A stretch of DNA of 64,000 nt from Rhodoferax sp. (lineage in GTDB: Bacteria > Pseudomonadota > Gammaproteobacteria > Burkholderiales > Burkholderiaceae_C), in the NCBI GenBank assembly GCA_031418395.1, contig JANOXL010000242.1:12-64011 (forward strand), written 5' to 3'. Within the stretch, counting starts at the first letter, position 1. Each line of letters starts with the position of its first letter. The position numbers and the translations under genes were made by a program. Positions 40,940-49,348 of the stretch are shown here, piece after piece. The notes beneath the pieces are model-generated. The model saw nothing but the letters and a program-made list of their open reading frames with translations. It ran no database searches and was not told the origin of the DNA.

Positions 40940-40959
40940 GGCTGGATGCTTGAACAGTA
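40940..40959 (-). promoter_or_regulatory. Putative LexA (SOS) box upstream of recA
   Basis: Minus strand TACTGTTCAAGCATCCAGCC compared with the E. coli recA box TACTGTATGAGCATACAGTA. It is CTGT-N8-CCAG, one core mismatch. Confidence 0.45.
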
Positions 40960-41023
40960 GTTTAACGTGCGTTGTTGAAATTAGTAAACAGTTTTTTTAG
41001 TCAGTTTGGTTTACTATTTATGA

Positions 41024-41524
41024 ATGCCGTTGAAGATCGATTCACCACCCGCTGTGCCAGCCGACGCAGACGACCGCTGGCGCCACAGCCACCTGGGCTA
41101 CTTGATGGGCCGCGCTTTGCTGCGTTTTGACGCACGTGTGCTGGCGCTCATGGCGCAAGACGTGAATGTGCCGCTGGCACTGGCCAATCTGGCCGCGCGC
41201 CATCAGGTCGGCGCGGCGCACATCCACATCACGCGCCACCTGGCCTTGGGCGGCTCGCGCCTCACGGATCTGGCCCAGGCTGCGGGTATGAGCAAACAGG
41301 CGATGGGCAAATTGGTGGACCAGTGCGAGGCCTGGGCGCTGGTCACACGCACGCCTGACGTGCGTGACGCCCGCGCCAAGTGGGTCAGCTTCACGCCGCT
41401 GGGGCGCGCCTGGTTGAAGGCCTTCGAAACAGCCGTGGCCCAGACCGAGGCCGAGTTGCAGCAGGCCGTGGGCGCACAGGTCGCCACGGTCATCTCCATC
41501 GGGCTGGAAGCCTACGCAGCCTAG
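41024..41524 (+). CDS. MarR-family transcriptional regulator
   Basis: 166 aa. Winged-helix region LTDLAQAAGMSKQAMGKLVDQCE...DARAKWVSFT. Confidence 0.75.
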   Translation: MPLKIDSPPAVPADADDRWRHSHLGYLMGRALLRFDARVLALMAQDVNVPLALANLAARHQVGAAHIHITRHLALGGSRLTDLAQAAGMSKQAMGKLVDQCEAWALVTRTPDVRDARAKWVSFTPLGRAWLKAFETAVAQTEAELQQAVGAQVATVISIGLEAYAA

Positions 41525-41552
41525 AATCGAACACAAGCAGCCAGGAGACACG

Positions 41553-42227
41553 ATGCGCGTATTGATTGCAGAAGACGACCAGGTCCTGGCGGACGGCCTG
41601 ATCCGTGCCTTGCGCAGCAGCGGCGCGGCAGTGGATCAGGTGGCCGATGGCTCGCAGGCCGATGCGGCGCTGATGACCAACACCGAGTTTGACCTTTTGA
41701 TCCTCGACCTGGGCCTGCCCAAGATGCACGGCCTGGAGGTGCTCAAACGCCTGCGCGCCCGCGGCTCCGTCTTGCCTGTGCTGATTTTGACAGCGGCTGA
41801 CTCGGTGGAGGAGCGCGTCAAAGGCCTCGATCTGGGCGCCGACGACTACATGGCCAAACCCTTCAGCCTGCAAGAGCTCGAAGCCCGTGCGCGCGCATTA
41901 ATGCGCCGAGGCGCGGGTGCCACCCACAACATCATCAAACACGGCCCGCTGACCTACGACCAAGCTGGCCGCGTGGCCACCATCGACGGCAAGATGGTCG
42001 ATCTCTCGGCGCGTGAGTTGGGCCTGTTGGAGGTGCTGCTGCAACGCACCGGCCGCCTGGTGAGCAAAGACCAGCTGGTCGAGCGCCTGTGTGAGTGGGG
42101 CGACGAGGTCAGCAACAATGCGATTGAGGTCTACATCCATCGCTTGCGCAAAAAGATTGAAAAAGGCCCGGTGCGCATCGCTACCGTGCGCGGTCTGGGC
42201 TACTGCCTGGAGAAAATCCCGGAGTAG
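41553..42227 (+). CDS. OmpR/PhoB-type response regulator
   Basis: MRVLIAEDD, phospho-acceptor LLILDLGLP, and a C-terminal winged-helix (IEVYIHRLRKKI, TVRGLGY). Confidence 0.92.
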   Translation: MRVLIAEDDQVLADGLIRALRSSGAAVDQVADGSQADAALMTNTEFDLLILDLGLPKMHGLEVLKRLRARGSVLPVLILTAADSVEERVKGLDLGADDYMAKPFSLQELEARARALMRRGAGATHNIIKHGPLTYDQAGRVATIDGKMVDLSARELGLLEVLLQRTGRLVSKDQLVERLCEWGDEVSNNAIEVYIHRLRKKIEKGPVRIATVRGLGYCLEKIPE

Positions 42228-42230
42228 GAT

Positions 42231-42482
42231 GCGGCCCCCACGCTTCCTCACTGCGTGTAGGCGCTGCCCCCCGAGGGGGCCGCATTTTGCCTTGGGGCGG
42301 CCCGGCGGCAAAACCTCCCCAAACAATTGGACTTGGTTCCTTATTTGACCCGCCTCCTTCAATCTTGTGCCAACGCACCCCGAATTGTGAATAGTCGCAA
42401 GTTTTTGCGCTGGGCCGCCCCAAGCAAAAATGCGGCCCCCTCGGGGGGCAGGAAGCCACACGCAGTGGGCGACCGTGGGGGC
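42231..42482. repeat. MITE-like element: about 72-nt imperfect terminal inverted repeats around an approximately 108-nt core
   Basis: Left arm 42231-42303 (GCCCCCACG...TGCCCCCCGAGGGGGCCGCATTTTGCCTTGGGGCGGCCC). Right arm 42412-42482 is its near reverse complement. Each arm holds its own GCCCCCC-GA-GGGGGC palindrome. Confidence 0.75.
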
Positions 42483-42489
42483 AAGTGCC

Positions 42490-43953
42490 ATGGCACTTAA
42501 TCTCTTCAAACGCGAGCAGCGTTCACTGTTTGGCGAAATTCTGGATTGGATGCTGACGCCGCTCTTGCTCTTGTGGCCGGTCAGCCTGGTCTTGACCTGG
42601 GTCGTCGCACAAGGCATCGCCGGCAAGCCGTTTGATCGCGCGCTGGAGTACAACGCCAGCGCGCTGGCGCAACTGGTTACCGTGCAAAGCGGGCGCATGC
42701 AGTTCAACTTGCCGCAGCCCGCGCGCGAACTGCTGCGGGCCGACGATACCGACACCATTTATTACCAGGTGTTGGGACTGCGGGGCGAATTTGTCAGTGG
42801 CGAGCGCGACTTGCCGCTGCCACCCGAGGGCGAGACCATCGTGCCTGGCGACGTACGTCTGCGTGACGATTCGCTCAAGGGCACGGATATCAAAGTCGCC
42901 TACACCTGGGTCAAGCCCGACCCGGCCAACCCGCGCCTGGCGCTGGTGCAAGTCGCCGAGACGCTGGAAAAACGCTCGGTGTTGGCCACCGAAATTATCA
43001 AAGGGGTGATGCTGCCGCAGTTTGTCATCCTGCCGCTGGCCGTGCTCTTGATCTGGCTGGCGCTGGCGCAGGCGATCAAACCGCTGCAACAACTGGAGGC
43101 GCGCATCCGTGCGCGCCGCCCGGATGACATGAGCCCGCTGGACATCGAGGAGGTGCCGCTGGAGATCGCGCCGATGGCCTCCAGCGTGAATGATTTGCTG
43201 ATGCGCCTCAAAGACTCGATCACCACGCAAAAACGATTCCTTGCTGACGCCGCCCACCAGCTCAAAACCCCGCTGGCGGGTTTGCGCATGCAGGCCGAGC
43301 TGGCGCTGCGCGAGGGCGCGAATACCGAGCAGTTGAAGCTCTCTTTGCGGCAAATTGGGCGTAGCAGCATCCGCGCCACCCACACCGTGAATCAGTTGCT
43401 GGCCCTGGCACGCGCCGAAGGTAGCGGTACCGCGATGACGCGCCAAAGCTGCGATTTGGTCAAGCTCACCACCGAGGTGATTCAGGACAGCGTGCCGCAT
43501 GCGCTGGACAAACATATCGATCTCGGATTCGAAGGTGTGGCGGCAGGCGCCCCCGGCGTGCAGGTCGACGGCAACCCGACCTTGCTCAAGGAGATGCTGC
43601 GTAACCTGATCGACAACGCCATCGCTTACACGCCGTCGAGCCGGGAGAAACCAGGGGTGATCACCGTGCGGGTACTGGTCGATGCGGTGGCGCAGACGAC
43701 TTCACTGCAAGTGGACGATTCCGGGCCCGGCATTGCGCTGGCGGAGCGCGAGTTGGTGTTTGAACCGTTTTATCGCGCTTTGGGTAACGACGCGGATGGC
43801 TCGGGTCTGGGGCTGCCCATCGTTCGTGAGATTGCCGGCCACCACCTGGCCGACGTCACGGTGGGCGAGGTGTGGCCAGGGCAGGTGCCGCCCGGCGCCC
43901 GGTTCACCGTGCGGTTTCGTTGGAGCGGCGTCAGCCTTGAGCCGTCGGGTTAG
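42490..43953 (+). CDS. Sensor histidine kinase (TctE/2CSK_N-like periplasmic sensor)
   Basis: H-box FLADAAHQLKTPL, N-box LIDNAIAYT, G-box DSGPGI...GSGLGL. Start placed at MALNLFK, so the IR-derived 5' extension is excluded. Confidence 0.88.
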   Translation: MALNLFKREQRSLFGEILDWMLTPLLLLWPVSLVLTWVVAQGIAGKPFDRALEYNASALAQLVTVQSGRMQFNLPQPARELLRADDTDTIYYQVLGLRGEFVSGERDLPLPPEGETIVPGDVRLRDDSLKGTDIKVAYTWVKPDPANPRLALVQVAETLEKRSVLATEIIKGVMLPQFVILPLAVLLIWLALAQAIKPLQQLEARIRARRPDDMSPLDIEEVPLEIAPMASSVNDLLMRLKDSITTQKRFLADAAHQLKTPLAGLRMQAELALREGANTEQLKLSLRQIGRSSIRATHTVNQLLALARAEGSGTAMTRQSCDLVKLTTEVIQDSVPHALDKHIDLGFEGVAAGAPGVQVDGNPTLLKEMLRNLIDNAIAYTPSSREKPGVITVRVLVDAVAQTTSLQVDDSGPGIALAERELVFEPFYRALGNDADGSGLGLPIVREIAGHHLADVTVGEVWPGQVPPGARFTVRFRWSGVSLEPSG

Positions 43954-44074
43954 GCTGAATCGCGCTGGCTTGAACTGCGCCACGACGCAGGTCTGAAACA
44001 TTCGTGAAGTGGGCGCACAGACCCGCCTGGATCGCCTGGAGTGCTGGAAGGGCTGGAAGAAATTGACGATCGAC

Positions 44075-44725
44075 TTACCGACAAGCGCGCAAGGGTTTGC
44101 CGCCCAAGAGCGGCTTCAAGTCTTCCACTTTCGGGCGCAGGGCATCGTCCACAGCGGCCAGTTTCAGTATCCAGGATTTCACGTCTTCCCGCTCCTGCAC
44201 CACTTTTGCGGTGCGCACACCGCGTTTACTCAAGGTTGCCAGAGTGGCTTCAGCAGCGTCTTTGGACGGGAAACCACCCAATGACAAACCGGGCTCCAAA
44301 GCGGCGTTGTTGAGCGGTTCAAACTTCAGGTTCAGTTGCGAAAGTTCAGAGCGTTTGGCCGCCAGCGCCTGGGCGTTGGGGTATTTGCCCATGTAAACGA
44401 TCCAGCGACCTGGCTCGGTGGCGGCATCGAGCTCCCAGGTACCTGCGGGCAGGTTGGATTCGAGGATGCGACGCAGTGCCTGACTTTGGTTTTCGTCAAA
44501 ACCACTTGCCGTCAGGCACTCGGGTGCTCGCGCGGGTGTGGCGTCGGCGCGCGGCGCCTCGTCAGCCCGCAAAACACGGATGCCTTCAGGCTTGATCTGC
44601 TGCGCCAGGCGTTGTGGTTCAGCCACTTCCACTGGGGCGTAACCATAGGCCTTGAGCATGCCTTGTGACCAGGCGAAATAAACGCCATTGGCCAACACGA
44701 GCAATAAAACCAGAAATCTCAGCAT
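44075..44725 (-). CDS. SPOR-domain membrane-anchored protein
   Basis: N-terminal anchor MLRFLVLLLVLANGVYFAW. C-terminal SPOR-like GGFPSKDAAEATLATLSKRGVRTAKVV. Confidence 0.65.
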   Translation of the reverse strand: MLRFLVLLLVLANGVYFAWSQGMLKAYGYAPVEVAEPQRLAQQIKPEGIRVLRADEAPRADATPARAPECLTASGFDENQSQALRRILESNLPAGTWELDAATEPGRWIVYMGKYPNAQALAAKRSELSQLNLKFEPLNNAALEPGLSLGGFPSKDAAEATLATLSKRGVRTAKVVQEREDVKSWILKLAAVDDALRPKVEDLKPLLGGKPLRACR

Positions 44726-44727
44726 GA

Positions 44728-45642
44728 TTAGTTTTGACGGGGCAGGGCGGGTGGGCAGGCGGCGCCTTGCGGGCGCACGCTGACTTCGGAACTGCTGATT
44801 TTTACCACGCATTGCGCCGTTTCCACCCGCAATGCGCCATTTTCGTCAACACCCAGCGCCGTGCCGCTTTGGCCATCGCTTAGCGTAACTGCTACGCCCA
44901 TCAAGGCATCCAACGCATTAAAGCCGCCTTGCAAGGCCGCAAAACCTGCTTTTTCAAATGTTTTCACCGTGGCCACCAAAGGCGGCAAGACGCGCTGCAG
45001 GGCGTCTGCGGCATCCAGTAGTGGGTCTAGTTCGGCCAGCCAGGCGGGTGGTGTAGCCAGCCCATCCGCTGTGCGCGGTGCGATATTGATGCCGATACCG
45101 ATCACGGCAAACCGCCCCGGCCCGCCGGCGCCTTCCAGGCCACCTGCAGGGCTGCCCGAATGGCCATCGGTGTAGGCCGTGTTGGGCGCGATGGTTTCAA
45201 TCAAAATGCCGCCGAGTTTGCGTTGTGCCAGCCACAGGTCATTGGGCCATTTCAGGCGCACATCGGCATGTAAGTGTCGCGCCACCGCCAAACCCACTGC
45301 GAGTGACAGGCCTGACCAACTCACCGGCGACAACATGAGCCCCAGTGAGAACATTAGCGTCGAAGGCTCATTCGGTCTGCCGTCGTCCAGCCAAGTGCGG
45401 CCCAGACGCCCGCGCCCAGCGGTTTGATGCTCGGCGACAAGCAGGATCGGATCAAGCTGGCCTGATCTGGCGCGGCGCATCAGCTCGGAGTTGGTCGAGT
45501 CGATTTGCGGGAGGATTTCGACGGTAAACCCAGGCAAGTCAGGCGCCACTTGTTCCCAAATCGCCTCAGCAACCCATTTCACGTCAATTACCGCCCGCGT
45601 TTGGGCGCCAGCAAAGTGCCCCGGCAATTCCTGGCGCCGCAC
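44728..45642 (-). CDS. birA: Biotin--[acetyl-CoA-carboxylase] ligase (start uncertain; GTG at 45582 would avoid overlap with the SET gene)
   Basis: QIDSTNSEL and TAGRGRLGRTW (GRGRxGRxW) biotin-ligase motif. No N-terminal HTH evident. Confidence 0.85.
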   Translation of the reverse strand: MRRQELPGHFAGAQTRAVIDVKWVAEAIWEQVAPDLPGFTVEILPQIDSTNSELMRRARSGQLDPILLVAEHQTAGRGRLGRTWLDDGRPNEPSTLMFSLGLMLSPVSWSGLSLAVGLAVARHLHADVRLKWPNDLWLAQRKLGGILIETIAPNTAYTDGHSGSPAGGLEGAGGPGRFAVIGIGINIAPRTADGLATPPAWLAELDPLLDAADALQRVLPPLVATVKTFEKAGFAALQGGFNALDALMGVAVTLSDGQSGTALGVDENGALRVETAQCVVKISSSEVSVRPQGAACPPALPRQN

Positions 45643-46076
45643 CAGCAGGGGTATTCGGCCTTGAGTTTGGGCGTGTAACGCTCGTCGATGATCAGACCAT
45701 AGTCGTAATTCAACTCTTCGCCGGCCTTGATGTTGCGCAGCGCCTTGATGAAGACGCGGCCACCTTCTTCATCGGCTTCGCAGTTTGGATTGCAGGCGTG
45801 GTTGATCCAGCGTGAGGAGTTGCCGCCAAACAGCGCGTCGATGACATGTTTTTCATCGATGTGAAAATAAAAAGTGTGGTTGGGGTCTTTTGGGTCGTGC
45901 GGGTGGCGCGCCTGCGCGGCCTTCCAGGTGACGATTTCGCCCACATATTCGATGATGGTTTCGCCTTCGGCAATGTCTTGGATGGCAAACACGCCTTTGC
46001 CATGCACACCAGAGCGGCGGGTTTGGATGCGGCGGTTGTCACCGGGCGCGGGTTTCTTGCTCAATTTCTGGGTCAC
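45588..46076 (-). CDS. SET-domain protein (putative protein-lysine N-methyltransferase)
   Basis: GKGVFA, RWINHACNPNC, ELNYDY and a post-SET-like CWCGARNCRG. Confidence 0.88.
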   Translation of the reverse strand: MTQKLSKKPAPGDNRRIQTRRSGVHGKGVFAIQDIAEGETIIEYVGEIVTWKAAQARHPHDPKDPNHTFYFHIDEKHVIDALFGGNSSRWINHACNPNCEADEEGGRVFIKALRNIKAGEELNYDYGLIIDERYTPKLKAEYPCWCGARNCRGTLLAPKRGR

Positions 46077-46314
46077 AAAAGAATCCTGAATAAATGCTGC
46101 TGAAAATATTGGGGCAAGCGCGAGTGGGGCGAAAAGGGCCCGTTGGGGCCTGTTAGGGCGTATGGGGGCAGAAATTGGGGCAGATTAGAAGGGATTTGCC
46201 GTCGCGCCGAAAAATTTGTTATTGTGAATCGTATGCGTGTGCGCCTGCGTGTGCGTGTGCGCACGCGAGAGGCTGGATTGTAGTCATGGCATTTTTGGAT
46301 ACTGAATTCGAATT

Positions 46315-49293
46315 ATGAAAACACTGGTAATTGCTGAAAAACCATCGGTCGCGCAGGACATCGTGCGTTCGCTCACGCCCACAGCGGGCAAGTTCGAAAA
46401 ACACGACGAGCATTTTGAGAACGACACCTACATCGTGACCAGCGCCGTCGGCCATTTGGTGGAGATCGCTGCGCCGGAAGAGTTTGACGTGAAACGCGGC
46501 AAGTGGAGCTTTGCCCATCTGCCGGTGATCCCGCCCCACTTTGACTTGAAGCCGCACGACAAAACCAAGACGCGCCTGAACGCCATCGTCAAGCAAGCCA
46601 AACGCAAAGACGTGGACGCTTTTGTCAACGCCTGCGACGCCGGGCGCGAAGGGGAACTGATCTTCCGCTTGATCCAGCAGTACAGCAAGGTGAAACTGCC
46701 TGTGAGCCGCCTGTGGTTGCAGTCAATGACGCCGCAGGCGATCCGTGACGGGTTTGCCAATCTGCGCACCGACAAACAAATGTTGCCGCTGGCCGACGCC
46801 GCGCGTTGCCGCTCTGAGGCCGACTGGCTGGTTGGCATCAACGGCACCCGGGCCATGACGGCCTTTAACTCGCGCGACGGTGGCTTCTTTTTGACCACCG
46901 TGGGCCGGGTGCAAACGCCAACGCTCTCTGTCGTGGTGGAGCGCGAGGAACAAATCCGAAAATTCATCAGCCGCGACTACTGGGAGATTCACGCCACCTT
47001 TGCAGCCCAAGCGGGCCAGTACCCGGCCAAGTGGTTCGACCCGAAGTGGAGCAAGGCGGCTGCCAATGCAGCGGCCGGCAATACCGATGAGCCGGACGCG
47101 GAGCTGAAAGCTGATCGTTTATGGTCCGCTCGTGATGCGCAAAAAATCGCTGACGCCGTGCGCGGCCAAAGTGCGACGGTCACTGAAGAAAGCAAACCGA
47201 CCTCACAAGCCTCACCTGCCCTGTTTGACTTGACCAGTTTGCAGCGCGAAGCCAACGGCAAGTTTGGTTACTCTGCCAAGACCACCCTCTCCATCGCGCA
47301 AAGCCTGTATGAGCGCCACAAGGCCCTGACCTACCCGCGGACTGACTCGCGCGCCTTGCCGGAAGACTACGTGCCGGTGGTCAAAGACACGTTAGGGATG
47401 TTGGCCAAAAGCGCCATGAAACACCTCGCGCCCTTTGCCGCGCAGGCGGTGAAAGGCAACTACGTCAAACCGTCCAAGCGTATTTTTGACAACAGCAAGG
47501 TCAGCGACCACTTCGCCATCATCCCCACGCTGCAAGAACCCAGCGGGCTATCAGAAGCAGAGCAGAAAGTTTATGACCTGGTGGTGCGGCGCTTCATGGC
47601 GGTGTTTTTCCCGAGCGCTGAATATGAGGTGACGACTCGTGTTTCTGTCGCGGCGGGTCACAGTTTCAAAACCGAAGGCAAGGTGCTCGTGAAACCCGGC
47701 TGGCTGGCCATTTACGGCAAAGAAGCCGCCGATGAAGTGGCCGACGCCAAAGACGGCGACAAAGGCCAAAGCCTGGTGCCGGTCGCGCCCGGTGAAAAGG
47801 TCAAAACCGAAGAAGCCGAGGCGAAGGGCCTCAAAACCCGGCCACCCGCCAGGTATTCCGAAGCCACGCTTTTGGGCGCCATGGAAAACGCCGGCAAAAC
47901 CGTGGAAGACGACGACTTGCGCGCCGCCATGCACGAGAAGGGCCTGGGCACGCCGGCCACGCGCTCCAGCATCATCGAGGGTCTGATTGCCGAGAAATAC
48001 ATGCTGCGCGAAGGTCGCGAACTGATCCCGACCGCCAAGGCCTTCCAACTGATGACGCTGCTTCGCGGCCTGGGTGTGGAAGAGTTGTCCAAAGCCGAAC
48101 TCACCGGCGAATGGGAATACAAGCTCAATCAGATGGAGCACGGCCAGTTGAGCCGCGAGACCTTCATGGCCGAGATCGCCGCCATGACCGAACGCATGGT
48201 CAAAAAGGCCAAGGAATACGACCGCGACACCATTCCTGGTGATTACGCGACCCTGGCCGCGCCGTGCCCCAACTGCGGCGGCATCGTGAAGGAAAACTAC
48301 CGCCGCTACACCTGCACCGGCAAAAGCGGCGCTGAAGACGGCTGCGGCTTTTCGTTTGGCAAAACCCCCGCGGGCCGCACCTTTGAAGTAGCCGAGGTCG
48401 AGCAGTTCCTGCGCGACAAAAAAATCGGCCCACTCGATGGTTTTCGCTCCAAAGCGGGTTGGCCCTTCACCGCCGAAATGGTCATCAAATACGACGACGA
48501 GGCCAAAAACTTCAAACTCGAATTCGACTTTGGCGACGACAAAAAGGGCGAAGAGTCGGGCGAGATCATCGATTTTTCGACCCAGGAAACGCTGGGCAAA
48601 TGCCCCAAATGTGGCACCACCACCGGTGGCCACGTGTTCGAGCACGGCAAGAACTACGTGTGCGACAAGTCAGTGCCCACACTCGCGCAACCTATTCCCA
48701 GTTGCGACTTCAAGACCGGTCAAGTCATTCTGCAGCAACCTGTGGTGCGGGAACAGATGGTCAAGCTGTTGACCACCGGCAAGACCGACCTGCTGGACAA
48801 GTTCGTCTCCATGCGTACGCGCCGTGGTTTCAAGGCCATGCTGGCCTGGGACGCCGAAGCCGGAAAAGTGAACTTCGAGTTCGCGCCGAGCAAATTCCCG
48901 CCGCGCAAACCCGCCGCGGGTGCCGCAGCGCGGCCCGCTGGCAGTGCGGCCAAAACTGCGGTCGCAGCGAAAAGCACCAAAGCCGCCAAAACGCCGACTA
49001 AAAAAGCTGCAGTCACCAAAACGGCCGCACCGCGCAAAGCGGCGGTGAAAAAGGCCTCCACCGCGACCGGTCTACAGCCCAGCGCCGCTTTAGCCGCCGT
49101 GATCGGCCCCGAAGCTGTGGCCCGGCCGCAGGTGATCAAAAAACTGTGGGATTACATCAAGGCCAACGGCCTGCAAGACGCCGCCAACAAACGCAACGTC
49201 AACGCCGACGCCAAACTGCTGGCCGTGTTTGGCAAACCGCAAGTCACGATGTTTGAGCTGGCCGGGATTGTGGGCAAACACCTCAGCGTTTGA
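46315..49293 (+). CDS. topB: DNA topoisomerase III with C-terminal Zn-ribbon repeats, Lys/Ala-rich tail and SWIB/MDM2 domain
   Basis: TOPRIM start MKTLVIAEKPSVA. Catalytic-Tyr block LTYPRTDSR. CPNCGG and CPKCG zinc ribbons. Tail AKSTKAAKTPTKKAAVTKTAAPRKAAVKK (about 48895-49071). Terminal 73 aa VIKKLWDYIKANGLQD...FELAGIVGKHL are SWIB-like (49072-49290). Confidence 0.88.
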   Translation: MKTLVIAEKPSVAQDIVRSLTPTAGKFEKHDEHFENDTYIVTSAVGHLVEIAAPEEFDVKRGKWSFAHLPVIPPHFDLKPHDKTKTRLNAIVKQAKRKDVDAFVNACDAGREGELIFRLIQQYSKVKLPVSRLWLQSMTPQAIRDGFANLRTDKQMLPLADAARCRSEADWLVGINGTRAMTAFNSRDGGFFLTTVGRVQTPTLSVVVEREEQIRKFISRDYWEIHATFAAQAGQYPAKWFDPKWSKAAANAAAGNTDEPDAELKADRLWSARDAQKIADAVRGQSATVTEESKPTSQASPALFDLTSLQREANGKFGYSAKTTLSIAQSLYERHKALTYPRTDSRALPEDYVPVVKDTLGMLAKSAMKHLAPFAAQAVKGNYVKPSKRIFDNSKVSDHFAIIPTLQEPSGLSEAEQKVYDLVVRRFMAVFFPSAEYEVTTRVSVAAGHSFKTEGKVLVKPGWLAIYGKEAADEVADAKDGDKGQSLVPVAPGEKVKTEEAEAKGLKTRPPARYSEATLLGAMENAGKTVEDDDLRAAMHEKGLGTPATRSSIIEGLIAEKYMLREGRELIPTAKAFQLMTLLRGLGVEELSKAELTGEWEYKLNQMEHGQLSRETFMAEIAAMTERMVKKAKEYDRDTIPGDYATLAAPCPNCGGIVKENYRRYTCTGKSGAEDGCGFSFGKTPAGRTFEVAEVEQFLRDKKIGPLDGFRSKAGWPFTAEMVIKYDDEAKNFKLEFDFGDDKKGEESGEIIDFSTQETLGKCPKCGTTTGGHVFEHGKNYVCDKSVPTLAQPIPSCDFKTGQVILQQPVVREQMVKLLTTGKTDLLDKFVSMRTRRGFKAMLAWDAEAGKVNFEFAPSKFPPRKPAAGAAARPAGSAAKTAVAAKSTKAAKTPTKKAAVTKTAAPRKAAVKKASTATGLQPSAALAAVIGPEAVARPQVIKKLWDYIKANGLQDAANKRNVNADAKLLAVFGKPQVTMFELAGIVGKHLSV

Positions 49294-49348
49294 CACGCTG
49301 CAATGCGGCCACAAAGCTTGCGTGACCGGCAATAAACCGCCGGGGCCT

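Noticed and set aside
42181-42459. ORFs translating PPRGPHF.LGRP-type peptides on both strands, and the 20-codon 5' extension of the kinase ORF (42430-42489).
   Set aside because: They are mirror-image translations of the inverted-repeat element arms, not genes.
42523-43515. Long antisense ORFs overlapping confident genes. Examples: 42523-43515, 47551-48645, 49580-50527, 52941-53765, 54654-55622, 59038-60369, 63386-64000, 41898-42758, 11064-11747.
   Set aside because: These are typical shadow ORFs of GC-rich DNA. They lie opposite strongly supported genes (histidine kinase, topB, SBP, fdsA, frc, tctA), are rich in Arg/Gly/Ala/His runs, and have no recognisable motifs.
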